The notes under the pieces: model-generated
Told to the model about the DNA's origin: nothing
The model's database searches: none
Seen by the model: the letters and a program-made list of their open reading frames with translations, nothing else
Made by a program: the position numbers and the translations under genes
Assembly (NCBI RefSeq): GCF_035594765.1
Contig: NW_026943822.1
Span: forward strand, 8,331,769 to 8,395,768
DNA from: Anolis carolinensis
Taxonomy: Eukaryota
Length of the DNA stretch: 64,000 nucleotides
Direction: 5' to 3'
Shown: positions 35,660 through 49,985 of the stretch, piece after piece
How positions within the stretch are numbered: the stretch's first letter is position 1
Layout of the letters: every line of letters starts with the position of its first letter

Positions 35660-36600
35660 AGCCGGGGAAGTCGTCCCCCCCCCCCCCCCAATAATGGGCC
35701 GGGCAGAAAGCCTCACCCGTCGCCGCTGCTCGTCCTCCTGGGCCCGGCGCGCCCTCCACCGCTCGATGCGGGCCTCCTCCTCCTCCACCTGTCGGGCCTG
35801 CTCCTCCTCGCCGGCGGCGCGGTTTTCCTGCCTCTGCCTGCGGCGCCGCAGTCGCTTCTTGCGGCTCCTCTCCCGGGCCGAGGCCTCCCCGCTTCCCTCC
35901 TCTTTTCCTTGCAGCTCTTTTTCCCCCGCCGAGGCTCGAGCTGCGCTAAGCAGCGCCTCGAAGGCTGGGAGGCCTAAATCGACCGGTGGTGGTTCGGGAA
36001 ACTTTTTCTTCTCCGGTTCTGAACGGGCCTGGGAAACGAAGCGGAGCAGCCAGGCCTCCTCCTCTGTCTCCTTCTCCGTCTCCAAGCCACTACTCGAGCC
36101 CGGCGCCGGACTAGGCCTCTCTGCGGCCTGCAACGGTCGCCATGGCAACGGAGCCTGCTGTGGCGGTTGTTGCCAAGGAGGAGGAGGAGGAAAGGCAGAG
36201 GGAAACGGAGGGAACGCGGAAGGAGGAGGAGGAAGGCCACGGAAGGGCCCCGGCTGGAAGCCGTGCGGCAGCGGGGGCCCGCCGAAGCGAGGCGGGAACG
36301 GAGGCGGCATCGTCCTCGCCGAAAGGAAGGCTCCTCTTCTCTACGCTAGGCCTCACTTCCGGTCCGCTAGCGGAAGTCCCCCGCGCCCTCTAGAGCATGG
36401 AAAGATTCTCTCCGCCTTCGAGTCTCCAGGGTTTTGTGTTGGAGGACTTCAACTCCCAGAAGCCCAAGCGAGGTTGCTCAACAAGCAGGGATGCTGGGAG
36501 CCGAAGTCCACAAGGCCCTGGGAGCACGAAGGCGTTTTCCAAGCTCGGGGGAGTCTCCAGTTTTGGGGCTTCAACTCCCAAGGCAGCCGAGCGCAAAACA
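35660..36600. promoter_or_regulatory. CpG-island promoter of PDCD7 with two inverted ETS/GABP-type sites (36355-36377)
   Basis: High GC and CpG content; ACTTCCGG...GCGGAAGT lies about 50 nt upstream of the ATG. Confidence 0.75.
35717..36310 (-). CDS. PDCD7: PDCD7 exon 1 (proline-rich N-terminus)
   Basis: MPPPFPP...EEEAWLLRF...ARIERWRARR; GTGAG donor, phase 0. The joined CDS is 1176 nt (391 aa). Confidence 0.9.
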
Positions 36601-36664
36601 CCTGGAGGGGGGCTTGGAGATTCAGAAAATTGGGGTTTCAGGGAGATGGAGGATCCCTGGCTGC

Positions 36665-37050
36665 GACTCCTACTTTCTTTTCCCCTTCTTTCTCCTCTTC
36701 CTCTTTTCTTCTTTCTCTTCTTCTATTCCTCTTTTCTGTTCCTCCTCTTCTTTCTCTTCCTCCTCCTCTTTCTTCTTTCTCCACCTCTTCTATTCCTTTT
36801 ACTTCCTCCTCATTGGTTTCCTCCTTTACTTTCTCTTCTCTTTTCTCTCTTCCTGCTTCTCCTTTTTCTTTTTCTTCCTCATTTTCTTCCTAGTCCTTTC
36901 TTTCTCCTTTACTTCTTCCTCTTCTCGTCTTCCTCCCCCTTCCTCTTCCTCTTTTTTCTCTTCTTTCTCTTTATTTTTCTTCTCTCGTCCTCCTCTTCCT
37001 TTCTCCTTCCTCCATCTCTTCTCTCGTCATGCTCTTCTTCCTTCTCTTCT
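36665..37050. repeat. CT-rich low-complexity polypyrimidine tract
   Basis: Nearly pure C/T on the + strand. Confidence 0.9.
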
Positions 37051-37200
37051 ATTTATGTGCTACTTTCCCCCTTAAAGCGACTCAAAGCAGTGACCACAGT
37101 GGTCAAACCAACACAGCATACAATTTAAAACCTAAAATAGAATTAAACCTAGAACTATCCTGAACAACGAAGCATTAAAGCTGACGTAAAATAACATTTA

Positions 37201-37510
37201 GGTAAAGGTTTCCCCTGACGTTAAGTCCAGTCATGTTTGACTCTGGGGGTTGGTGCTCATCTCCATTTCTAAGCCGAAGAGCTGTCCATAGACACCTCCA
37301 AGGTCATGTGGCTGGCATGACTGCATGGAGCACCATTACCTTTCCGCCGGAACGGTACCTATTGATCTACTCACGTTGGCATGTTTTCGAACTGCTAGGT
37401 TGGCAGGAGCTGGAGCAACAGTGGGCGCTCATTCCGCTCCTGGGATTTGAACCTGGGACCTTTTGGTCTGCAAGTTCAGCAGCTCAGTGCTTTAACACAC
37501 TTCGCCACTG
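37201..37510 (-). mobile_element. Sauria-type SINE
   Basis: Family match. Confidence 0.87.
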
Positions 37511-40108
37511 AATGCTCAATCCCAATTTTCCTGTCAGAATCCTAAACATGAAAACAGAATTAAACCTAGTAAAGGTAAAAGTGTCCCCTGACGTTAAGTC
37601 CAGTCGTGTCCGACTCTGGGGTTAAACCTAGAACTATTTAAAAGGAATAATTAAAATCAATTTAAAAATAACAATTACTGAATGTTAAAGAGCATCTTAC
37701 AGGCTTGTGCTTCTAATCCCTGCAGGGAAGGTAGTAATGTGACTTATATTTGGGGAAGTTAAGATTTTTTTATTGGGGAGGTAAATTCTAAATATGAAGC
37801 TTTGAATCTCCTTCGGGAGAGATAAAGTGGGTATAAATATGTATAATAATGTGTTGTCGATGGCTTTCATGGCAGGAATTACTGGGTTGCTGAGTTTTCC
37901 GGGCTATATGGCCATGTTCCAGAAGCATTTCGCCCACATCTATGACAGGCATCCTTAGAAATTGTGAGGTATATACATCAGAATGTCATACAGCCTGGAA
38001 AACTCACAGCATCCCAATAATAATGATGATAATGACGATGATGATGCATGGGGGAAAAGATCAGTTTTGAGGAAAGATATTTGCAGCTATTAAGACCAAT
38101 TCCCATTTCAGATTTTCCACTGCCTAAACATTCTTAATTTGACGCAAATTAAAAATCTCAAAGGATCATGTGTAACTGGCTTGGAATAAAATAAAAACCC
38201 AAGTAGCACAACTATTTCACACTCCCACCAATTTGTAATTATTATATTTACAATGTATTATTTGCAATTTACTATTATTTATAATTTATTGTTATTATTG
38301 AAAGCCATGTTGTTTCTGTAGATTAAAACAGTCGTCCTAAATCCAAATGTGGGAACCAAATGTAATAAACCCCAAACACATCTCAACACAAAGGAAACAT
38401 TATACTTTTATGTACAGAGTTTAATTTTGGAAATCAAAAACATACAAGTCCTTTTTTTTTTTTTTACAAATATTGTACTAAAGGATCAGAGGATTTGTAA
38501 AACAAAGCAATCTTCGCTTCGCTAAAAGATTTAAAATGAACAAGATGCAGGGTCTGGTGTCTAAATCTTATAATTTAAATTAGGATTTTATGCAAACGCT
38601 GACAAGTGATGACAAGGAAAAAAAGTATTATACAATTATATGTTAACTTTCTTGGACTTCTTGTTATAAGAAGGTTGCCTGGGAGGGAGGGCTATCTGGC
38701 ACCAAAAAATTGATGCAGGAGGGTTTCCAGTACATTCAGTAAAAAGTACTATATTAAAATGGTATTTAAATATTCTATGGTTTGGTTTTTTCCTGTAAAC
38801 CTTTATCCCCTCAGAGAAAGGTGCGACGAATTCCGGATTCACCTGTTCTCATAACACCCATGTTTTTTCCTCTTCAAAACCTACATATAATTAAAATGAA
38901 ACCTTTAGTAATATACCCAATTATTCAATGCAGTTCTAGGAAAGTGATGCAAAAATGCTCTAGAACCAGGTTGTAATTCAAGAGCAGCTCTGCTTGCTAT
39001 GGAGCTAGTGAACCTGACAGCACGCTCCTCGCCTTAAGCCTCCGACATCCAGTTTCCATAATAAATGTAACAGTCTCCCTCTAGCACCCACTGCATTTTA
39101 AACAGAAGATATTTTATGATATTCAAACTGAAAAAGAGACACCCCCCCCAAAAATACCTTTGAATCTTTATTTCTTTATATATGTTAGCTTCCAAGGCCC
39201 GGTTTGTAGGGCTAAAGTTCTTAAGTTCAGTACTGAGGAAGGACAGTGGCACTCCATTCTAGAACTGAAAAAGCTTGGGTCGAACGAAAGGACTTTCAGT
39301 CTCTATTCAAGTGCAAAAAAAGAAGGGGGACTTCAGCAAAGCCTAATATCTTTCCCAAAGACCCTCCCATATTTACTTTTGCTCCGTTTACAGCCCTGGC
39401 ACCATCTTTGGCTCAAAAGGTCCCATTACTGCCCCTTTTATTTCAGGAAGGCAATCAGATTTTTGTCACATTGAACAAAGAAGTTCAACAGCCTCCTTAA
39501 CAGGATTTAATCATTGTCGAAGACTATTTGTACTTAACCAAATCTAACTGGCTTCGTAACTACGTCATTGCTATCAGAAGGGTCTATTCCGAAGCCAAAG
39601 TTGGCCGAGGATGAGAAATTCCCAAACGGAGACTTGTTGCAATCAACTATCTTCTATAATGGAGGAGGAACGTTTTGCAGGTTACACACACACATCTAAG
39701 TGTGCTAAGTGCTCTATCTCTGCAGTGTCCCTAAATGAGTAAAAGGGGGGGAAATCCCCAATGTTCCGCTTTGTAGATCGCCAAGCGGAAGGAGAGAAAG
39801 GGTTGATCCAATGTCCCCCCAAAACCCACTGGCATTTTGGCTCAGCAGGATTAAATGAAAAACATACTTTGTGTGTGTTTTTTAAAAAAAACTAGTACAC
39901 AATTCATTTCTGAATACTATGACGCCGACGTCCAAGTGTCCTCTGGGGGAAAAAAATTAATGTGATGTTACAAGAAAGACATGATCGGCTTCCCGTTAGC
40001 GTTATCAAGGGTTTTCCTGACCATGTATTATATTCGGGAGAGGTCCAATGTTAAAGAATCAAACTAAAACATTTAAGTGCGTTTCCTGCAGGACATTCCA
40101 ACAGGGTT

Positions 40109-40199
40109 TTAATTGTTTGCAGCGTCGGCTTGGCGAGCCCAGCTTTCCTCTTCCACTCCCGAGTCGTAGTCTTCTTCCGCAGAATCTTTAGCTGGAGCC
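40109..40199 (-). CDS. CLPX: CLPX exon 14 (last)
   Basis: [29 protein letters not shown]. Confidence 0.93.
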
Positions 40200-40693
40200 C
40201 TATGATAAAATGTAGGTACGGGTCAATCCTCTGAAGTAAACGGAAAAGACATTTCAGAAAGGATTTCCCACAAATGATGGAATTGCAGATGTGGGACATC
40301 TGGACTGGGATCCAAAGAGAGACGTAGGCCCAAGCATGCTGATCTCTGTACCATTTTGCTTTTTAAAAATCACAGCTAATATTAAATAGTTCTAGGATAA
40401 CACCATATATAAAGGTAGGCTGCTTTTTGAAGGCTTTAAAACAAATTGCTAGGTGTGTTGGTCAAAAATAATTTCAGTACAAACACAGGGCTCGTTCATT
40501 TGGAAGGGACCTCATCAGAAAAAGAGCAATTTGTGCCGAAATTGCTCTTTCTTCTGATGAGGTCCATTCCAAATGAAGAAACCCTGTTTTTGATGTTTAC
40601 ATTCTTTTATAGAAGCAAATATACCCCCCCCCCCCTTAAAAAAAAAAGGCAACACAGTTAAAAATACAATCTAGTGCTGGCATTTGAAAATTA

Positions 40694-40801
<108 letters not shown>

Positions 40802-40929
40802 CTAAGGAAGGAGAAAATTAAAGGCATCAAAATTTTCTTCATAGAGGTTTGCACATCACCTAGTATAACATATTTGCCAAGGGATTAATTTAACAGGGTA
40901 AATGCATCCTTAAAAGTTTTATTTATTTA

Positions 40930-41925
40930 CTAGCTGTGCCTGGCCAGGTGTTGCTGTGGCGTCTGGTGGTGTTGGTGAGTTAGTGGTGGTATTGAATGTC
41001 TGTTGTATGGTTGTCTTTATGTTTTTTATGTACAGTAGAGTCTCACTTATCCAAGCCTCGCTTATCCAAGCTTCTGGATAATCCAAGCCATTTTTGTAGT
41101 CAATGTTTTCAATATATCATGATATTTTGGTGCTAAAGTCATAAATACAGTAATTACAAAATAACATTAGTGCGTATTGAACTACTTTTTCTGTCAAATT
41201 TGTTGTATAACATGATGTTTTGGTGCTTAATTTGTAAAATCATAACCTAATTTGATATTTAATAGGCTTTTCCTTAATCCCTCCTTATTATCCAAGATAT
41301 TCGCTTATCCAAGCTTCTGCTGGCCCGTTTAGCTTAGATAAGTGAGACTCTACTGTATTTGGTTGTTTGTGTAATGTGAAAGTGGTGAGAGTAGAGGGGG
41401 TCTTTGTCGCTGTGTAGTATTGTATAGTATGCATACGTTGTCCAAGTGTTGTGAATGGTTAGATTGTGTCTTGGTGCATAGTAGAAAGGGTTGGGGTGGA
41501 TGGCCGTTAGGGGTGTCTCCAAATTATTGGATGGTATAGTTCTATGATTATTATTATTATTGTTGTTGCTGTTATCATCACGATTATTATCTTTATTATC
41601 ATCATTATTATTATATAGTGGATGGATGGCCATCTGTCAGGAGTGTTTGGATTGTGTGGTCTTGCATGGTCGAAGGAGGTTGTACTGGATGATTCTTAGG
41701 GCTGTCTGCAAACATAAGGATTCCGTGATATTGTTATTAGTATTATTATTATCAAGAGGCTGTATGGCCATCTGTTGGGAATGTTTGGATTGTGTTCTCC
41801 ATGGCAGGAAGGGGTTGGACTGGATGGGCTTTAGGAGTGTCTCCTATCTCTGTGACTGTAGGATTCTATTATTATTTTTATGGTGGAGATTGTGGAGATA
41901 TTGGCTGGCCATCTGTCAGGAGTTT
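40930..41925 (-). mobile_element. Partial non-autonomous Helitron (family A) with a nested MITE at 41033-41355
   Basis: CACAGCTAG 3' end; body homologous to 44401-45600. Confidence 0.7.
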
Positions 41926-41932
41926 GTCGAAG

Positions 41933-42192
41933 AGATAAGCAAACACTCTAAAGGTTCAAAACATAAAAAGAGATGTGACATGTAAGGACCACAGAAATAG
42001 GCAGGCCTCTCTGAGTATAGAGCTATCTTCTTTCTATGTGAAAAAGATAAGCAAACACTCTAAAGGTTCAAAACATAAAAAGAGATGTGACATGTAAGGG
42101 CCACAGAAATAGTTAGGCCTCTCTGATTATAGAGCTATCTTGTTTCAATGTGAAAAAGATAAGCAAATACTATAAAGATTCAAAACATAAAA
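41933..42192. repeat. 112-bp tandem repeat, about 2.3 copies
   Basis: AGATAAGCAAA recurs at 41933, 42045 and 42157. Confidence 0.9.
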
Positions 42193-42617
42193 TGCACTAT
42201 GTTATTTAGAGCATCATGTACAAACATTATTACCTGAGAGTTAACAACAATAATGAAAATAATAAGTACAGTATTATCACAGTAGTATCTTCCAGACTGT
42301 AATGTTTAAAGGAAACTGTAAGGGTTGCCAAATCCAATAGGAGTCTTCAGAAATTGTTGAAATAGTGGAGACTACTTGATATGTTTTGACTTTAGTCCAC
42401 ATTTAAGCCTTGATAATTACAGTTTCTAGATAGGAAAAAAGTATATTTTCTGCAGACAGAACCACTGAGGCTAAAAGTTCTCTCTTGCCACTAGAAAACT
42501 TCTTAAGCTTGCTTTCTTTTTTGCTTTCTTTCGTTTTACAAAGTTGACTACTGTGGTAATTTAATTTCCAAAATTCTGCAGTATCCAGAAACAAAGATTT
42601 TTTAAAGCAACTTGTTA

Positions 42618-42788
<171 letters not shown>

Positions 42789-43541
42789 TTATGTGGTCCG
42801 TTTCCAAGTAGTGTTGCTTTTCTTCTGTGGAAATTCATTTAGACAAACTGATCGAGTCAGGGGGTGCTGTGGTTTTAGCTATAGGAATAGCCTTTTAGAT
42901 TGGTTTTTCATTGTTTATTTTTAATACTGTTCATATTTAATTCTATTTTAATGTTTGTATATTTTTAGGTTGTAAATGATATTGGTTTTATGATGAGTCG
43001 ATTTGACTCTCTTACTGATGGATAAACACTATGTAAAAAATTTTAAATGTTCTGTTTCTGGTTTGAAGGTGTTATTTCCTGTTTAATTGTGCAGTCCTTA
43101 GTTTGAAAGTAGTTGTTAAACTCCAGAAACTTCATTGTTGTGGCTGCCACAAACTAGGTAGAATTGGTTGAGAATCTGAGATATTCAAGGAAAAACTAGA
43201 ACAAAATATTATAGCAGGATGTCTTGCAAAAACAAAGTCTTTGCACTTTAATAAACTTCACCCGTGTTTTTATGATAGAACCAATTGCGAAATGGTATTT
43301 ATAACTCAGGAAAAATCATGTTATAATTATAACAACAACAACAACAACTGCAACAAGACTTTAGCATTCTGAAATAGCTCCTAGTGTTCTTAATCCATCT
43401 GATGCAGGGGACCAGCACCAGGCTACAAGTAAGAGTCAAAAGGCTTTATTTTTTCAGAATTCCCATTGGCTACAATTGTTCTACTCTTTCTTGGAAACTC
43501 TCCAGCTCCGGCAGCACTGTTCTAAACCAATACTGATTTCA

Positions 43542-43913
<372 letters not shown>

Positions 43914-44400
43914 TCAGAAAGGAAGCCAGGACGGACTCTTCGGCTTTAAAGATGTGAGTGCAGTTACACATTATAGATGTCCAATTTCTTGAGCAGCTTA
44001 TTACACCAAGATACAAATATCTGTCAATCCATCCATCCATGTATATAATACCAGTCAAAATGTCTATCTATCTATCTATTATGTATGTATGTATTTTCCA
44101 AGATGACTTCTACACCCAGAGAACTCTGTGAACTCCAGTGCCAATGGATCTGGACCAAACTTGGCATACAGACCCGTCATGACCAACTTTAACTACCGGT
44201 GCAGTTTGGGGCCAATGAGAGATGATGATGGGAGTTTTAATTTATGCGTTTTCTAATGGGACCATTCATAAAATCCAAAAATCAAACAATAATAGTGACA
44301 TTTATATCCTGCCCTTCTCACCCCGAAGGGGACTCATAGTGGCTTACAAGTTATATTATAGCACAATAGTATAGCACAATATAAGCATTATATATTATTA

Positions 44401-45032
44401 CTAGCTGTGCCCGGCCACGCGTTGCTGTGGCGTTGTCTGGTGGTGTTGGTGAGAACCCGTTGAGGTAGTGATGGTATTGAATGTCTGTTGTATGGTTGTC
44501 TTTATGTTTAGTATGCATTTGGTTATTTGTGTACTGTGAAAGTGGTGAGGATAGAGGGGGTCTTTGTCCCTGTGTAGTATTGTATAAGGAGCCCCGGTGG
44601 CGAAGTGTGTTAAAGCACTGAGCTGGAGACCAAAAGGTCCCTGGTTCAAACCCCGGGAGCGGCGTGAGCGGCTGCTGTTAGCTCCAGCTCCTGCCAACCT
44701 AACAGTTCAAAAACATGCAAATGTGAGTAGATTAATAGGTACCGCTCTGGTGGGAAAGTAAGGGCGCTCCATGCAGTCATGCCGGCCACATGACCTTAGA
44801 GGTGTCTATGGACAATGCCGGCTCTTCGGCTTAGAAATGGAGATGAGCACCAACCCCCAGAGTTGGACACGACTGGACTTAACGTCAGAGGAAACCTTTA
44901 CCTTTAGTATTGTATAGTATTTATACGTTGTCCATGTGTTGTGAAAGCTTGGGTTGTGTCCAGCTGCATAGTAGAAAGGGTTGGGCTGGATGGCCCCTAG
45001 GAGTCTCTCCAAACTCTTGGATTCTATGCTTC

Positions 45033-45080
<48 letters not shown>

Positions 45081-46455
45081 CATCTTCTTCATCATCATTA
45101 TTATGTAGAGGCTGGATGGCCATCTGTCAGGAGCGCTTGGATTGTGTCCTCCTGCATGGTAGAAGGAAATTGATCTGGATGACCCTTAGGGGTAACTCCA
45201 AACCTTAGGATTGTATGATGTTGTTATTATTATTATTATTAGTAGTAGTATTAGTATTGAGAGGCTGGGTGGCCATCTGTTGGGAGTGCTTGGATTGTGT
45301 CCTCCATGGCAGAGTTGAGTTGGAGTGGATGGCCTTTAGGGGTGTCTCCTAACTGTCTGATGCTATGATTCAATGTGTGTTATTATTGTGCAGATATTGG
45401 ATGGCCATCTGTCAGGAGTGGTTGGATTATGTCCTCCTGCATGATATAAGGAAGTTGAACTGGATGATCCTTAGGGGTATCTGCTAACCTTAGGATTGTA
45501 CAATATTCTTATTCTTATTATTATTGAGAGGCTGGGTGGCCATCTGTTGGGCGTGCTTGGATTGTGTCCTCCATGGCAGAATTGGGTTGTTCTGGATTAC
45601 CACAGTAATTATTTCATATTACAGTAGAATCTCACTTATCCAACATTCGCTTATCCAAAGTTCTGGATTATCCAACGCAGTCTGCCTTTTAGTAGTCAAT
45701 GTTTTGTAGTCAGTGTTTTAAATTCATTGTGATATTTTGGTGCTAAATTTGTAAATCCAGTAATTACAACATAGCATTACTGAGTATTGAATACATTTTC
45801 TGTCAGATTTGTTGTATAACATGATATTTGGTGCTTAATTTGTATAATCATTACCTAATTTGATGTTTAATAGGCTTTTTCTGAATCTCTTCTTATTATC
45901 CAACATATTCACTTATCCAACGTTCTGCCGGCCTGTTTATGTTGGATAAGTGAGACTCTACTGTATATTTATAATCTTATATCTGCTTAGAACTGGATTA
46001 TATGAGGCCCCTTCTACACAGCTGTATAAAATGCACACTGAAGTGAATTATCTGGCAGTGTGGACTCAAGATAATCCAGTTCAAAGCAGATAATATAAGA
46101 TTATAAATGGGTAATATAGCTGTGTGGAAGGGCCTTGAGTCTACACTGCCATTTAATCCAGTTAAAATCAGATAATCTATGGAAAATGCCTAAGTGAGGC
46201 CTAACTGTGCCTGTCCCGTGAGCTGAGTAGGTTGCTAGGAAACCAAGTGGGCGGAGCTTTGCACTCTAACTGGCAGCAATTGGATAAAAACAATTATTAC
46301 TCTCTCTCTAATTAGGACTTTATTTTTCTTTTCTTTTTGTTGTATCAACCTAGTGCCGTGGATGATGGGTTGTGTTGTCAAATTTTGAGGTTGGGGGGCC
46401 TGTACTTTTGTTGTTTTGTCCACTGCCCTGATGCCATTACTCTTTTATATATATA
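44401..46455 (-). mobile_element. Composite non-autonomous Helitron (family A1) containing a SINE (44588-44903, +), CR1-tail repeats and a MITE (45622-45963)
   Basis: 3' end CCACAGCAACGCGTGGCCGGGCACAGCTAG; 5' end TATATATATAAAAGAG. Confidence 0.75.
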
Positions 46456-48184
46456 CTAGCTGTGCCCGGCCACGCGTTGCTGTGGTGAAGTATGGTGGTA
46501 TGGGAAATAAAGTATTGAGGAATTGGTGGTAGTTAAGGTCAAGGGTAAAGGTTTTCCCCAGACATTAAGTCCAGTCATGTCTAATTCTGGGGGTTGGTGC
46601 TCATCTCCATTTCTACGCCGAAGAGCCGGCGTTGTCCGTAGACTCCTCCAAGGTCATGTGGGATGACTACATGGAGCGCCGTTACCTTCCCGCCGGAGCA
46701 GTACCTATTGATGCACTCACATTTGCATGTTTTCGAACTTCTGGGTTGGCAGAAGCTGAGGCTAACAGTGGGGGCTCTCTCCGCTCCCCCAATTCAAACC
46801 TGTGGCCTTTCGGTCCAGAAGTTCAGCAGCTCAGCGCTTTAACACGCTGCGCCATCAGGGGATATTATTTCCTAAAGGTTGTGAATATACTTTGTTGGGA
46901 GGTGTTAGCTGGCCCTGATTGTTTCCTGTGTGGGATTCCCCTGTTTATTTACTGTCCTGGTTTTAGAGATTATATTGTTCTGCATTATTCTATCCCAGTA
47001 ATTATTTCATATTAAAGAAGAATCTCACTTATCCAACATTCGCTTATACAATGTTCTGGATTATCCAACGCAGTCTGCCTTTTCATAATCAATGTTTTTG
47101 CAGTCAGTGTTTTAAATTCATTGTGATATTTTAGTGGTAAATTTGTAAATACAGTACAGTAGAGTCTCACTTATCCAACATAAACAGGCCGGCAGAACGT
47201 TGGATAAGCGAATATGTTGGATAATGAGGAATTAAGGATAACCCTATTAAACATCAAATTAAGTTATGATTTTACAAATTAAGCACCAAAACATCATGTT
47301 AGACAACAAATTTGTCAGAAAAAGTAGTTCAGTACACAGTAATGCTATATAGTAATTACTGTATTTATGAATTTAGCACCAAAATATCACGATATATTGA
47401 AAGCATTGACTACAAAAATGCGTTGGATAATCCAGAACGTTGGATAAGCAAGTGTTGGATAAGTGAGACTCTACTGTAATTACAACATAGCATTACTGCG
47501 CATGGAACTACTTTTTCTGTCAAATTTGTTGTATAATATGATGTTTTGGTGCTTAATTTGTATAACGATTACCTAATTTGATGTTTAATTGGCTTTTCCT
47601 GAATCCCTTCTTATTATCCAACATATTCACTTATCCTGCCGGCCTGTTTACATTGGATAAGTGAGACTGTACTGTATATTTCTAATCTTATATTATCTGC
47701 TCAGAACTGGATTATATGAGGCTCCTTCTACACAGTTGTATAAAATGCACACTGAAGTGGATTATATGGTAGTGCGGAGTCAAGATAATCCAGTGCAAAG
47801 CAGATAATATAAGATTATAAATGGGTAATATAGCTGTGTGGAAGGGCCTTGAGTCTACACTGCCATATAATCCAGTGCAAATTAGATAATCTGTGGAAGA
47901 AGCCTAAGTGAGGCCTAAATCTGCCTGTCCCCTAACTGAATCCTGGCTGTCCCATGGTTGCTAGGCAACCAAGTGGGCAGAGATTAGCCCTCTAAACTGG
48001 CCGCAATTGGATAAAAACAATTATTGCTCTCCCTCTAATTAGGACTTTATTTTTCTTTTCTTTTTGTTGTATCAACCTTGAGGCGTGGATGATGGGTTGT
48101 GTTGTCAAATTTTGGGGTTGGGGGGCCTGTACTTTTGTTGTTTTGTGAATTGCCGTGATGCCATCACTCTTTTATATATATAGA
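46456..48184 (-). mobile_element. Composite non-autonomous Helitron (family A2) containing a SINE (46543-46861) and nested MITEs (47157-47476)
   Basis: Same termini as the preceding element (TCTATATAT...CTAG), joined head-to-tail with it. Confidence 0.75.
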
Positions 48185-48679
48185 TAGATACTGTCAAACT
48201 GATAAAAGAGACATGGTGGAAAGATGTCTTCCTTGCCCTGCCTTCTTCATTCTGGCCCAGAATGGCAGTTAGACCTTTGGGGCGGGGTGTGTGTGCTCCC
48301 ATTTGATGATACAGGAGACATGGTGGAAAGATGTATTCCATTACAAAAGACCTAAACTGGGCATTGCCAGGTACTTATGCTAGTGTGGGCCTGTGTGTTA
48401 GTGTGTGTGTATTTCTTAGAGATTGGTCCTTCTACTGCATCAAAAAGCAACCTAAAGCTTGAATTTCTGCCATCATGTGCCCCCAATAAATGAAACAGGA
48501 AAGCACTTGATATTCTCCTGCTTCAAAGAAATGAAGCCATGTAGTCTGCCTTGGTGGTTGTCCCCATCTGCACTAACCTGGCATTGGCACACTGTGACAC
48601 TGTCCCTTTCCAAATCAGGCAACAGTTATATAAAAACACAAAGGGATCTTGTTCTGGTGTCAAAAAATGTTTCATTTTA

Positions 48680-48904
<225 letters not shown>

Positions 48905-49250
48905 TCAGAACATAAGAACCCTCACAGTTTATCTAATTCACAGCATCTTGTTCCCACAATTATCAAACAGATTATTAGGTTTCTTTGTATGAAGTGATGC
49001 ATAGGTAACACACCTAGGGTTCTGAAGAGCAATATAATCCCCTGCCCCAAATTATATTTTCCACCAAAAGAACTCCGCTAGAAATAAGTGAAGGGCTTCT
49101 ATTGCTTGTATCTTCCATGAAGAAGGCACATTACTCAGCTCCTGAAACACAATGCAATGTAGTGACCTTCACCAAAATCTGTTGTTAAGGTTGGAGTGCA
49201 CCAAGGCCAAACAAGCAACATATGTGTCATGTCAATTCCCGAGTCACTCA

Positions 49251-49622
<372 letters not shown>

Positions 49623-49718
49623 TTAAAAAGAGCAAGCTGCTATGGCAAGTGTTATGAAATACTCCGTGACATAAACCCTGAGGGAAAGAACAAATCAATA
49701 CTTGCAAGAAATAAATTA

Positions 49719-49985
<267 letters not shown>

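Noticed and set aside
35637-37128. Long + strand ORFs (418, 243 and 213 aa)
   Set aside because: These are the antisense shadow of GC-rich PDCD7 exon 1 plus the stop-poor CT tract; low complexity, no domain.
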